Positions 1-11,080 of a stretch of 64,000 nt of DNA are shown in pieces. The translations under genes and the position numbers were made by a program. Source of the stretch: Negaprion brevirostris (taxonomy: Eukaryota); assembly GCA_030324005.1 (NCBI GenBank), contig JARDVH010000115.1, positions 44,261,277 to 44,325,276 of the forward strand. Direction: 5' to 3'. The notes below the pieces were generated by a model. That model did not search any database and was not told the DNA's origin. It worked only from the letters and a program-made list of their open reading frames with translations. The stretch's first letter is position 1; each line of letters opens with the position of its first letter.

Positions 1-181
1 ATCAGTCCACACACTGCTGATGACAGCGCAGACCCGGTGGGCAGGCCATGTCATCCGTATATCAGATGAGCGCATACCCAAGCAGCTCCTTTTTGGGGAA
101 TCCTCTGGAAGACGCTTGCATGGAGGGCAGAAGAAACATTACAAAGACACACTCAAGGCCTCCGTCAAGTCGCTTACATAG
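1..181 (+). mobile_element. RTE-clade LINE, C-terminal ORF fragment
   Basis: Frame +2 reads SVHTLLMTAQTRWAGHVIRISDERIPKQLLFGESSGRRLHGGQKKHYKDTLKASV, matching the RTE-type RWAGHV..R.PKQLL.GE...GGQKKR.KD.LK motif. Confidence 0.85.
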
Positions 182-258
182 AAAACCCCCAACTAACTAG
201 TGCTTAAATGTAGTTTCTCTGAAGAAGCACCCTCATGAGAAAATTGTCATCATGCATT

Positions 259-441
259 GGGCTGGAATTTCCCAGCCATTTGTGTCAATGGGATTTTCCA
301 GTCCTGCCTTGGGTTTCCCGGCAGGAAAAGGTTGCATTCAATGGGAAGCTCCATTGACAATGGCAGAACCAAAAGGTCCCGCCACTGCCCAATGGTGGGT
401 CACCTCCGCTGCCACAAAACACAGCACAGAAAATCCTGCCC
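259..441. mobile_element. Harbinger-type MITE (short non-autonomous DNA transposon)
   Basis: Terminal inverted repeats GGGCTGGAATTTC ... GAAAATCCTGCCC; similar ends recur elsewhere in the window. Confidence 0.6.
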
Positions 442-525
442 TTGCATGAAGATCCTGGAAGACAAATGAACTGATATGAATTAGTCTCAGAAAAGGAACA
501 GTCTTGACAATCACCTTCTCATAGT

Positions 526-760
526 TCAGTTACTAATAAATGGATTCAACAGATGTGTGCCAGAGATATTTTTAATTCTGTCACCCGCCATCTGAGAGGT
601 CTGTGTCTCTCCATCTCTTACTGACAGGGGTGCAGATGTGTCACTTATCTCCATGGACATTTTCTCTGCACCTATCAACACCACAATTGGTGGCAAATCA
701 CCACCAGAATTCCCCCTCTCCTTTTCATGTTTCACACTCATTTACAAAGAGAAGAATGGG
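526..760 (-). mobile_element. Gypsy LTR-retrotransposon aspartic protease remnant
   Basis: Minus strand reads LPPIVVLIGAEKMSMEISDTSAPLSVRDGET, resembling the PPI.V.V...MEVDTGAS.SV protease motif; it lies next to other Gypsy pieces. Confidence 0.5.
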
Positions 761-1100
761 TCTGTGAGTTACTTTTTCTGTATCCATATGGCCGAGGAAG
801 AAGTTATAGTTTGATGCCGGGATTAGTAATCCATTCGATGACTTCAGCTGATACAATGTGATGTCACCAGGAATGGATTACTCAAGGTAGAAGTTTAGCA
901 GATGGGCAATGGTTTGCCTTGGATGGCCACATTCACAATTTGGGATGTTTCTTGTGTTCTACTTGTTGGGTACTGAGTTCTGGGGGATAAGGTGTTGCAC
1001 ATTTGGTGAGGGTGACAATCAGACAGATGTGTTACATTGCACAGGGTTTGGGATGAGTGCTTGGTGGATACATGAGAATGTGATAAAATGCATAGAAAGT

Positions 1101-1324
1101 TGTAATAATTCTTCCTCACAAGTTAAAGGAAAAAGAGCAACACATTATTTACAAATAAAGGGTATACAGAAACTTGCAGCCTTATGGCAGCAAATCAGAC
1201 CCGCAGAAGTTCTATAACAGAACGCTGAGCTCACCAGGGTGATCCAAAACCTTCTTGCCAATTGGCTCCCTAGGCCATGTGACCTTCACTCTACAGATGA
1301 ATCCTTAAAAGAATAATCACCGCA
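1101..1324 (-). mobile_element. 3' LTR of a decayed Gypsy element
   Basis: On the minus strand it runs TG...CA with imperfect inverted ends (TGCGGTGATTATTCT / GGAAGAATTATTACA). It is immediately preceded by the polypurine tract AAGGACTTAGAGGGGGACGGA (1325-1345) and, further upstream, by integrase. Confidence 0.6.
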
Positions 1325-1557
1325 TCCGTCCCCCTCTAAGTCCTTTTATGCAAATACAAATACTCAATAATTACACTTTTGGCACATGAATTTAGTCAAT
1401 TATAAATGAAATCTTTTGGAAGGGGGGAATGGCTTTCTGAATCCCTGTAGACTGGTGTAACCCCTCTATCTGACTGCTTTCACATGACTGCTGTCAGCTG
1501 AAACCACAATGACAAATGCTTCTTTAGGAATAGGCAGGCCAGTTCCTCAGTACTTGG

Positions 1558-1903
1558 ATCATAGAATCATTGAAACTCTACATATAGAAAGACACCCTTC
1601 GGCCCATCGAGTCTGCATCAAACACCATCCAACCCAGATTCTACCCCCATATCCCTAGATATTATACCTACTAATCCCTCTAACCTATGCATCCCTAGAC
1701 ACTCAGGGGCAATTTCTTAACATGGCCAATCAACCTAACTCGCACATCTTTGGACGGTGGGAGGAAACTGGAGTACCTGGAGGAAACCCATGCAGACACA
1801 AGGAGAATGTGTAAACTCCACACAGACAGGGACCCTAGCCGGGAATCAAACCCAGGACCCTGGAGCTGTGAAGCAGCAGTGCTAACAACTGTGCTACCAT
1901 GCC
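1558..1903 (-). mobile_element. HE1-type tRNA-derived V-SINE inserted in the Gypsy 3' region
   Basis: tRNA-like head (GGTAGCACAGTTGTTAGCACTGC..GGGTTTGATTCC), central V domain (GTGTGGAGTTT..GGTTTCCTCC) and CR1-like tail ending in TATGA repeats. Confidence 0.92.
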
Positions 1904-2004
1904 GGATAGTTGAAAACATTCCCTGGTGTCAATATAGCTCCTGGATGGCAGCACTGACTAATAATCCATTCCTGGTGACATCACATTGTATCAGCTCTCA
2001 TTCT

Positions 2005-2440
2005 CTCAAATCGTTTACATATTACCAGGCAATCCTTCCATCTATGTCTGTTTGATAAGACAAGGGCCCAGTTTTGGATGCAGCGATTCCAGGAATTAAA
2101 GTCGACCCATTTCCAAAATTCCTCACACACATACAATCTCATCCACGGAAAATAACCATGGATGCACGAGTGATGGTTTGTCTTCTATCGTCCCCAGAAA
2201 CGTGAAGCTCAGTCTCATTTTGGCATGATAGTTCATTAACAAATCTGCTGGTGGGATTCCCCTTGTTGTATGCAGAGTAGTTCTATAGCCTCAAAGGAAT
2301 TCTGAGATTCTAGTCTCCAGAGTCCCTCCTGGCTGCTTCTTTAGGCCAGAGTTAAAAGTTTGGACAACTCATTCAGCTAGCTCATTTGATACTGGGTGGT
2401 ATGGAACAGTCCTCATGACCATGATAGCATTAATAGCACC
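2005..2440 (-). mobile_element. Gypsy integrase core and C-terminal domain (decayed)
   Basis: Minus strand reads RTVPYHPVSNELAE*VVQTFNSGLKKQPGGTLETRISEFL*GYRTTLHTTRGIPPADLLM and then FSVDEIVCVRNFGNGSTLIPGIAASKTGPLSY, typical Gypsy integrase motifs interrupted by stops. Confidence 0.85.
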
Positions 2441-2590
2441 AAGCATCCCCCTTGCTACCACCCTGGTTTCTAAAATAACCCATCTCCAAAAATCTGATGT
2501 CTGGGCAGCCAAGATAAAATATCTCATTTGCAGTGCCAGGAATTCTCCTGATTCTGTGCATCCAACTTGTGGATGGAAGTCCAGACCAAC

Positions 2591-2745
2591 AGGCTGGGTT
2601 TTCCAGCAGCTGGCAGGATCTTCCATTCCTGCTGGTGTCTATGCCATTTTGCATGGCTCATCCATCCACCACTAGGGAACCTGTCGTGGGAAAGTTGCCT
2701 TCGGTGAGACTGGAAAATCCCACCAGCAGGAAGGGTCAGAAAATA
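2591..2745. mobile_element. Harbinger-type MITE
   Basis: GGCTGGGTTTTCCAG ... GAAAATCCC/GAAAAT ends and internal similarity to the 259-441 element. Confidence 0.45.
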
Positions 2746-4373
2746 CTATTTTCCTGCTGCTTCAGTGGAGTTTATTTTAACATTGAGTTGAATCTTAATT
2801 CCCCTCATAGTGGATGGGTTGATTCATATTAGAGGTTAAAGTTTAAAAAATCTGGACCAGAAACTGAATTCACCTTGGGTTTGCCTACTCTTTGTTTAAT
2901 GGATATTGGACAAAAGGCAATATCCTTTCAACCAGAGGCAGGCCAGCTATCTGTGGAGCTAATCATTTAAATATTATAAACAGTCTACGTGCCTTCATGT
3001 TAACAGCAATTCAATTTATATAATCACCGACAGTCAGGTGTCCCATGCCTCAGAAACTCAAAAGCTTAAATATGGTGAAAAGATCGGAATCCATTTTGAA
3101 TACAGTTTACAGGCAGAAGGAGCAGGAGTGCTTCCTCTGGATGTAACATGCTAACCAGTGAAATGTCCCTCGCTGCCCCAATCAACAATTGAACCCACAG
3201 ACTATTCAATTTTCTTCTGACAACCACTTGTTTTTCCAACCTTATCCTTCCTTTTTGGGCCTGGGAAACAGGCTTTTCATCTAAAGTGCCTCCAGCCTTT
3301 CAATCAAAGACTAGAGTCTCACAGAAAAAAAAACACCCCTCAGTTCGATTCTGAAGATATTTAGGAAACTCATTCTTCCCAGCCTGACAACAATCTCCTC
3401 CTAACGCCTTCTCCCCCTCTGCCCCTGCCACCACCACATCCCCACAGCCCATCCCAGCACCCACCTCAGGCTGAACTCCAAGCTAAAATCCAAGCCATTG
3501 ACTTGCCACGTGATGAGAGAAAGGCATGCCAGGCAGATCTACTGGCACAGACCATCCTGAAGAGGTTGGCTCTTGTGTGCCAATGATCCAGGATGATTGC
3601 CTCTCTTTTCTGCAGTTCAGAAGTTAAAGCTTTGTCATCTGTAGAATAGACATTACAGAAAATCTGTAACAGTTGGAAGACACCACTACATTGGCAAGAC
3701 CACCAGTGCTCTCAGCTGTTACGCCTTTGATTTTTTCCAGCCGGCACAATGACATTCAGCAACATATGGGTCAAAATGGGATTGGTGCCACCTTTGAAGT
3801 CAGCTTGGCCAGAACTTTTTTTTTCCTCTCCCACTATATACTAAGGTGTGTATTGCCAATGTCACTGGATGGTCACAGGGACTTGCTGCCGGTTGCAATG
3901 GTTCCAAACTGAAGCTCCAGGAATGTTTGAGTGCAAGGGAACTTTAAGTTTTAAATTGCATTTTGACTGCATGCCCTGGTGAGATGTAGTGAAAGTGTTG
4001 GAAGGTTGGATGAAGATTTGGCATGGATTGAGCATTAATTGTGGAACAGGTTGACTGATTAAGATTTGTAGCATCTGTCAGTGACCTTGGTATAGAATAG
4101 AGTTAGGAGGCCTTATTTGTCTTATTCTTTAAATTGTACCATTTTCTTCCACCTTTGTTTCCAGGTACAGCAGGTAATTGTAATCAGCATTTTTAACCAA
4201 TCACTTACCTATAAATGGCTGTACCCCTTTAATTCTGNNNNNNNNNNNNNNNNNNNNNNNNNNNNNNNNNNNNNNNNNNNNNNNNNNNNNNNNNNNNNNN
4301 NNNNNNNNNNNNNNNACACAGATAACATGAAATAAGCTCATCATTTTCAGTCCAGCTATGGATGCCAACATTA

Positions 4374-5320
4374 GGGGGTCAACCTTACCAAAAAAAATCC
4401 TAAGTCTAGGACAGTCATGAAAACGGGAAAGTTCCAGATCTGTTTTTTGGGCACATTCAATCCTGTTATCTTAGTGCATGAAAAACAGCAGAAACAGTTT
4501 CTCGCCTGTAAAGGTAAAGGGGTGGGGCTTAAGTCACCTGAATGGTAATTGAGAGCAGCAGAGGGTGCCATTGCGCATGTGCAGGTCTCCAGCAAAGAGA
4601 TGTCTCTGCTGCTCTCAGCCAGCATCCATGGTTTAAAAACAGCAACCCCCAGCCAATACAGGGGCCCCCGGTCTATCCCAATCCCTCCACCCACCCGCAA
4701 CAATACCCCGTCCCTCCATCCCACAATCAACTGCCCAACCCCTCATAATCGGCTGCCCAACACCCCCCTCCACCTGATGATTGGCCGCCCCACCACCTTC
4801 CACCCATGGCCAGCCCCAATCATCCCTCTCCCTCCCCCCCACCAAACCTCTGATGCAGAGTGTGCAGTGCCCCCCTCCCTTTCCTCGCAACTGACCAGCC
4901 ACTCCGAGTTTGGCTCCATCCCCAGTAAACCCCACCTCTCTGACCCCGCCCAGGGTGCCAGGCTGGGAAATGTCTCAGGGATACCCCATTTGCCCCGACC
5001 TCCCTGGGGGCCTCAGTGAACTCTGGCTCAACTGGTGAGGTCATTATGACCCTGTTGCTGGGGATCGGCTGTGATTCTCACCTGAGAGAACCTCTCCCAG
5101 TGAGGCCACACAGGCAAGTGAACCTGGACGATTCCATCCTGGGCTCATTAAATCAATTCAAACGACACTTAAACATTATTTAAATAAATTATTCAGCTTT
5201 GCGCCAGAAATCCATATGAGGATGATCGCACCGGTTATCCGGTGTCGGTAAGATTTCTTGGCTCACATGCAATCTTATCGGCTCACCCTGCCCATCGGGG
5301 GAGAATGGTAAGATTATCCC
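4374..5320. mobile_element. About 0.95-kb non-autonomous Harbinger-like element
   Basis: TIRs GGGGGTCAACCTTACCA / TGGTAAGATTATCCC with a C-rich interior; related sequence at 55798-56290 and 57698-58360. Confidence 0.55.
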
Positions 5321-5872
5321 AGCTGTTTTCTAGGCCTGAAGTGACAGAATGGCAGATGGCGGTTAGTTATTTGACACAGCATTGCAAGATATTCTTTTTA
5401 ATCTGAGTTGCTTATGTTACGGTCACAATGAGGATTCAGTTTATACAACAGTTTTACTTCTGATTTTACTTCGTTAGCTGAAGGGATTAAAATTAGACAG
5501 GGTGTAAAGAGGGTGGTTAACCTTAAAGTGCCTGTGAGCTAAGTGCGAAGGTACCCCCAGTGTTTAAATAACTCTGAGAGGTTGATGTGAAAAGTGAAAA
5601 TAGCAATAATTATTATCATGAGTATTAGAAAAATATCTTCAGTTTTTTTTGCATTTTTTTACTTCTGATTGAAATTGCAAAATGATTTTGGAAGCATGAG
5701 CATAAAAGTCTTCTCCTTTTAAGCAGCATTTGGATCTGGCCTAAAAGGTAATGTAGTAACTTGGGAAACCAACTGAAAAGGATTTTATGAAAGAAAAGTT
5801 AAATTACAAGCTTTTGGTACATGTATACAAGCCTCATCATTGTTTATACGCAGATAACAGTGGATTCAGAAT

Positions 5873-6232
5873 CACCCCTCCATGGATGTGCTGGGCCAGG
5901 TGGATATCTTTGGGCATGCTGGTGACCCATTTGGCATGGATAGAGAACAGGTTGGTGTCCTTGAACATCCCCACCAGGTAAGCTTTGCTGGCCTCCTGCA
6001 GTGCCGTGAGAGCCGAACTCTAGAAGCACAGTTGGTCTTGAAGTCCTGGACAATCTCCTGCGCCAGGCGCTGGAAGGGCAACTTGCGGACTGATGGTGCC
6101 AGGGAAGTAGTGGCATGGCTTCTTCAAGCCACTGGTGGCCGAGGTACTCTTGCGAGCTGCCTTGGTGGTCAGCTGATTTTGGGGTGCTTTGCCCCTGGTA
6201 GACTTGTGGGCTGTTTTTTTGGTCCTGGCCAT
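5873..6232 (-). pseudogene. H3: Histone H3 pseudogene (canonical H3.2-like)
   Basis: [39 protein letters not shown], then after a frameshift and deletion of the VALREIRRYQKSTELL segment [67 protein letters not shown]31, an SSAxxAL 87-90 pattern and S96 point to H3.2 rather than H3.3 or H3.1. Confidence 0.95.
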
Positions 6233-6313
6233 TTCCCTTCCCTCTATTCTGCCATGTCTCTGCTGGCGTTCTGTACGTAAGTCCCATCTGGGACGATAGA
6301 ATACAGGGCTGCC

Positions 6314-6466
6314 TTATAAAGGATTCGGGATACGATTTCCACCTGCTTAGTAATTACCTATTACCAATAGAATTCATATTCTATGCATCCCACTGGGAAG
6401 TCAATCAGGGATTCCCAATGGAATACAGGGATGTGGTCGGATTTGTTTCATTTGTTTATTCATTGG
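6314..6466 (-). promoter_or_regulatory. Relict histone H3 promoter: TATA-like box and three CCAAT boxes
   Basis: TTTATAAG on the minus strand about 82 bp upstream of the ATG; CCAAT/ATTGG at 6364, 6415 and 6462. Replication-dependent H3 promoters typically have TATA plus multiple CCAAT boxes. Confidence 0.45.
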
Positions 6467-6477
6467 CTGTGAGCATG

Positions 6478-6783
6478 GCCAGCATGGTGGCACATTGTTT
6501 AGCACTGCTGCCTCACAGCGCAGGCACCTGGGTTCAATTCCGGCCTTGGGTGAATGGCTGTTTGGAGTTTGTACATCTTCCCTGTGTCTATGTGGACTTC
6601 CTCTGGATGCTTCAGTTTCCTCCCATTGTCCAAAGATGGGCAGGATAGGTGGATTGGCCATGGTAAATTGCCCCTTTGTGTCAGGGGAATTAGCAGGGTA
6701 AACACTGGGATTACAGGATGGGTGGGACTATTGTTGGTGCAGACTTAATGGGCCAAATGTAGGGATTCTATGATTTTATGTGA
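6478..6783 (+). mobile_element. HE1-type V-SINE
   Basis: tRNA head, V domain and TATGA tail. Confidence 0.92.
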
Positions 6784-6789
6784 TGGAAG

Positions 6790-7150
6790 GACAGCCATTG
6801 TACGTTAGACAGTTCCAGAAATTTGACTCTGTGCCAATGAAGGAACAGTGATTTATTTCCAAATCAGGATGTTGTATGACTTGCAGTTGGTGGTGTTGCC
6901 ATGCGTCTGTTACCATAGTTCTTCTACTTGGTAAAGGTTGTGGATTTTGAAGGCGTTATTGGACGGGTCATAGTGGATTGTTACAGAGCACCTTAAAACT
7001 GGTGCCATTGTGTGGAGGGAGGAAATGTTTAAATTGGTAGATCAGCTGCTTTGTCCTGGATGGCACCAAGCTTTTTGAGTGTTATTGGTGTTACATTCAG
7101 CTGCAAATGGAGAGTATTTTATTACATTGCTGATTTGTGCCTTGTAAATG
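6790..7150 (-). mobile_element. 3' fragment of the LINE family also seen at 35620-36315
   Basis: Reverse complement aligns by eye to the YKAQIRSVMEYSPL..IQDKAA region and 3' part of the 35620-36315 element. Confidence 0.7.
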
Positions 7151-7449
7151 ATAAATTCAGATGGTCTTCCCCCTGCGTTAAGCACCTTTGTGAAACAAAA
7201 TTGGTACAGAAAAGCTTATTCTAATTCCATCCATGAATTTAGATTCACAGAGAAGATATGGAGAACTGTGGGGAACATTCAACCTGACATGGCAGGGGGA
7301 GAACTGATCAAAGCATTTGAAAATAAAGTTATAGATGCATATATAATAAAAAGGTTAGGTAGTTTGAAAGAAATTAAAAGTGACAAGATGCAAAAAATAT
7401 CAGGATATAGCAGGGCAAACTAAAATTCTAACTTGTAAATGTGGGGAAA

Positions 7450-8400
7450 TTCAAGCTGAAATGAACACACAGCATAAGAAATAACATTGGGGAACTGGAG
7501 TTACCAACTAAAATAGAAAATCAAAATTCAATAGCATACATGACAACAACTGAGTTAGGATTGCAAATAAACATACCCTGGTATGAAACTTTAAGGAGGA
7601 AGAGGAAGATAGAGAGGAGGCAATAGCAGGATTAACAAAGAACAATATTATAGCCTGAAAGTGGAAGGGGTTAAGTAAATGTGATCCAAATAGAATTCCT
7701 TAATTCAACTGAGAAATATCAAAGTAACTTTAATGACAGTATATTATTAAAAGCCAGACAATGGAAATAAATCAAAGATATTTTGTTGACAAATAAGAGA
7801 AGTATCTTTTGCCTAGTGTTTTAATTACAGGGCATTTTAATTATCCAACAATAAGATGGCATAGTAAAAAACCTAACAGTAAGAAAATGCGTTTCTTTTT
7901 GCAACATGTTGAGTAGGCTAATATTTTGCAACTCCAAAAAAACAATTTGGAAGAAAGCGTTGTGGGTTGATTCTCTGAATTCAAGTTTGATTCTGGGCGA
8001 AGAAGTTAAGAAAATAGCTGTGAGTACAGTGTAATAAGGTTCAAAATAAGAACCAAAACTCAGGAATAGGAGTGTTCAACTCAGAAACAAACAGCTAATG
8101 GAAAGTTAAGAAGGACCTTAACAAAATAAAATGGAAGAATTATTTAGCAAGAAGAAATATAGGTCACATTAAAGTAGGAGCTGAAAGGACAAGAAGTCAG
8201 CTATATTCCAATAAGGACAAAGTGAATTGTATCAAAGATTAGAGTTCGCTGAGTTCATGAAGAGATTATAACTGATGTGATCTAGTGTTATTGGACAGTA
8301 AATGAGAAAATAAATCAGGAATATATATAAAGAACATAAGAAAACCTTAAAGGGGCAATTTGAAAAATTATCAGGGAATATGAGAGAAAATGAGTAAAAA
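7450..8400 (+). mobile_element. Old CR1 LINE ORF2 endonuclease region
   Basis: A-rich and heavily decayed, but retains SIRNNIGELE, INIPWYETLRRKR..RGG and GHFNYP (cf. GDFNYP) motifs. Confidence 0.6.
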
Positions 8401-9801
8401 CAAAGGATGGAATTTTAAACATGGTGCACCATGCCCAATAGTGGAACTAGAAGTTAGTGCCATTTCCACTCTCTTGCTTTATACCAGTTCCCACCCAATT
8501 CTAATTCAAATGTATTGTGCCAGCAGTTGTGCAGAGTAGGTACCCACAATCATGTAGCGGGGAAATACTTTCAATGGTGAAACCCGTAATCAGTTGATAT
8601 TGCAGCAGGTGCTAGCAGGCTATAAAAGCACGCCCTGGACAAGCAGGAAGGGTCTGCATCATGGTCACAACTTCCCTGCTCAATTCCACTGACATTAACT
8701 TAAGACCTGAGAGCACAAAGCTGGCCAGAGTGTTTTTCAAATTTAAATTTCACTTGTAAATATTTTGCAATGCATTGGTTTCACTTTATTTATGTGTGTA
8801 TCATCATTATCTGTTGAGATTTATTTAATCTGAGAGCTAAAGTTACTGGCAAACCTTATGGTTGGTGCCTGTTTTTTGGTTACAGAGGAGCAATGGAAAT
8901 GTCCTTTTTGTGGAAGAAACAATATTGTGTTTTAGTATTTACTGTATATTGGATGTCCACGTTAATGTCCAGTGTTGTACTTGTGGAACATGATTGAACT
9001 TGCAACCTCAGCCCGCCATCCCTTCTATGCATTATAAAGGATGACATCCAAGCTCATCTTTTGTAAGGATGAATGAACTGTTATAGGTGAAATCAAAGCC
9101 CTGTGAGGACTCTTCCAGCCAACACCCAGTAATAGATCCACATATGGACAATACTGGCCCTGCCCTTTAGATCCCTCATTCTCTTACCCTGACTAGCCCT
9201 CTTCCCCCACCCAACTCTACCACCCACCAGTCCGTCCAACCTCATTCCTCTGTACACTCAACCCCACCCCTTTTCCTCCCTTGGACCCATGCCCATGACC
9301 CCACTCCATATCCTCACCTCCGTCTGTAACTTGTCATTGCCTGTTTCAGGCCTCCATGAAAGCTGTTGCATCCTTGCTTCCTTCCCTTGCAACACAGAGT
9401 TTAACAAGAAGAACCACTGACCTCAGACACAAGTGCACAAAACCAGCTGTTACACATCACCTTTAAACATACATGAACCAGGTCTCATGAGATTCTTGTG
9501 CATTGCTGACTTAATCTTCAAAGTGGAATAATGAACATCTAAAGAATGCAAATGTATTGTAAGTATGAATCCACCACGGGATGGGTGAGGCCCAGCCCAC
9601 TAAAAACACCCCACTGAATTAATCACTAATTTTGAACTGCCTTGGGAAAGTAAAATTTTGGTTTCCTATAGTTAAATGACTGTACCATTTTATATCCTGC
9701 TCTTGCCACCTCCACAAAATTCCCCTTCTGGAAAATCAATAAAAATGTTTTCTGTAGACTATTAGTGGTCCAACCCCAGTCATGAGATGAAGAAGGCAAA
9801 C

Positions 9802-10090
9802 TTGGTGCAGTGTTTAGCACTGCTGCCTCACAGCACCAGAGACCCGGGTTCAATTCTGCCTCAGGTGACTGTCTATATGGAGTTTGCACGTTCTCCCGGT
9901 GTCTGTGTGAGTTTCTTCTGGACGCTCCAGTTTCTCCTCACGTTCCAAAGATGTATGGGTTAGATTGATTGACTGTGCTAAGTTAACTCCTAGTGGCAGG
10001 GTTATTAGTAAGCGAAATACGCAAGGCTTTGGTGGGATTGTTGTCGGTGAAGGCTCGATGGTCCAAATGGCCTCCTTCTGCACTGTAGTG
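9802..10090 (+). mobile_element. HE1-type V-SINE
   Basis: Head, V domain and CR1-like tail (GGCCTCCTTCTGCACTGTAG). Confidence 0.9.
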
Positions 10091-10711
10091 ATTATATTTG
10101 AGATCCTTATATTTGTGATTCTTATATTTGAGAATGTACGCATTAAAATTGTAGAACTACCAGAGGTAGGTTTACAATCATGGAGCTTATGATTGAAAGA
10201 GAGATAATTCATTAAGTACGTTGTTCAAACCCTAAGGCGAACAAAGCACCTTAACTTGATTATTTACATCTGAAGATATCTGACAAATATATTAACAAAA
10301 TCTTCTTGGAGGTAAATTTGACTTTTGTGTAATCATGTAAGATGGATGTCAGTAATTCTACATCATTATTCATCTCTTCTGATTTTCATTTCCAATAAAA
10401 TCAAGGAAAATTGGGACAGACTTATTCATGGTGGCAAAATCAATATCATCCATTTTATTCCATTGCCCAAAGTCAAAATTACCCTCCACACTTCTCTCAA
10501 TTTTTTGCATATAGATGACTGTGCCAAGACTTGGAATCTGTCAAATGTGAGAATTCTCATTGAGAGAAGGGTAAGCTGGAAAATTATATCCCAGTAGGCC
10601 TTGATTTTGTTTTTAATAAAGTGCCCAAGGAGGAGGAAGTTTTGCTTTTGCCATTTGATATTAAACTAGCAGACTGAATCAACTCAGTTATAGAACTTGC
10701 TTGATAGAAGT

Positions 10712-11080
10712 GATGGTGCTTTGGCACTGTCACTAGCTTGGTAATCTAGAAGCCTCGGATAATGGTCTGTGAACTTGGATTCAAATCCCGCAATGGCAGC
10801 TGGTGGAATTTAAAGTCAATCAAGAAATCTGGAAGATAAAGGAAATCTCAGCAATGGTGACAGAGAACCATAATCATTTTTTTTTAAATAAAACCTCCAT
10901 CCGGTTCATGAATGCCCTTGAGGGAAGGAAATCCACCATCTCTGGCTAATTTCTCCCTAGATTACAGCAGTATGATAAACTCTTAGCTACCCTCTGGAAT
11001 GGCATTGTCAGCCATGCAGTTCAAGATCAATTCAGGATGAGCTTTGCCAATGAAGGTCCACATTTCATGAAAGAATAAAG
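10712..11080 (+). mobile_element. Second tRNA-headed SINE family (SINE-B)
   Basis: B-box-like GGATTCAAATCCC, conserved body (GGTGGAATTT..GGGAAGGAAATC) and a tail shared with the 35620-36315 LINE; several copies in the window. Confidence 0.7.

Noticed and set aside
615-830. Plus-strand LTDRGADVSLIS...CRD resembling a retroviral protease
   Set aside because: It is the antisense of a better-fitting minus-strand Gypsy protease motif that agrees in orientation with the adjacent integrase and LTR.
909-1217. 102-aa ORF with AWWIHENVIKCIESCNN, superficially like an integrase zinc-binding domain
   Set aside because: The motif runs across the LTR boundary at 1101, so it is a chance junction reading.
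1940-2000. Minus-strand LIQCDVTRNGL resembling the RNase H QCDAS motif
   Set aside because: It lies downstream of the integrase C-terminus, where RNase H is not expected, and lacks the rest of the domain.
4371-5044. Overlapping Pro-rich or Gly-rich ORFs up to 156 aa
   Set aside because: They come from the C-rich interior of a TIR-bounded non-autonomous element and show no domain similarity.
5844-6287. 147-aa minus and 132-aa plus ORFs
   Set aside because: Alternative-frame and antisense readings of the H3 pseudogene.
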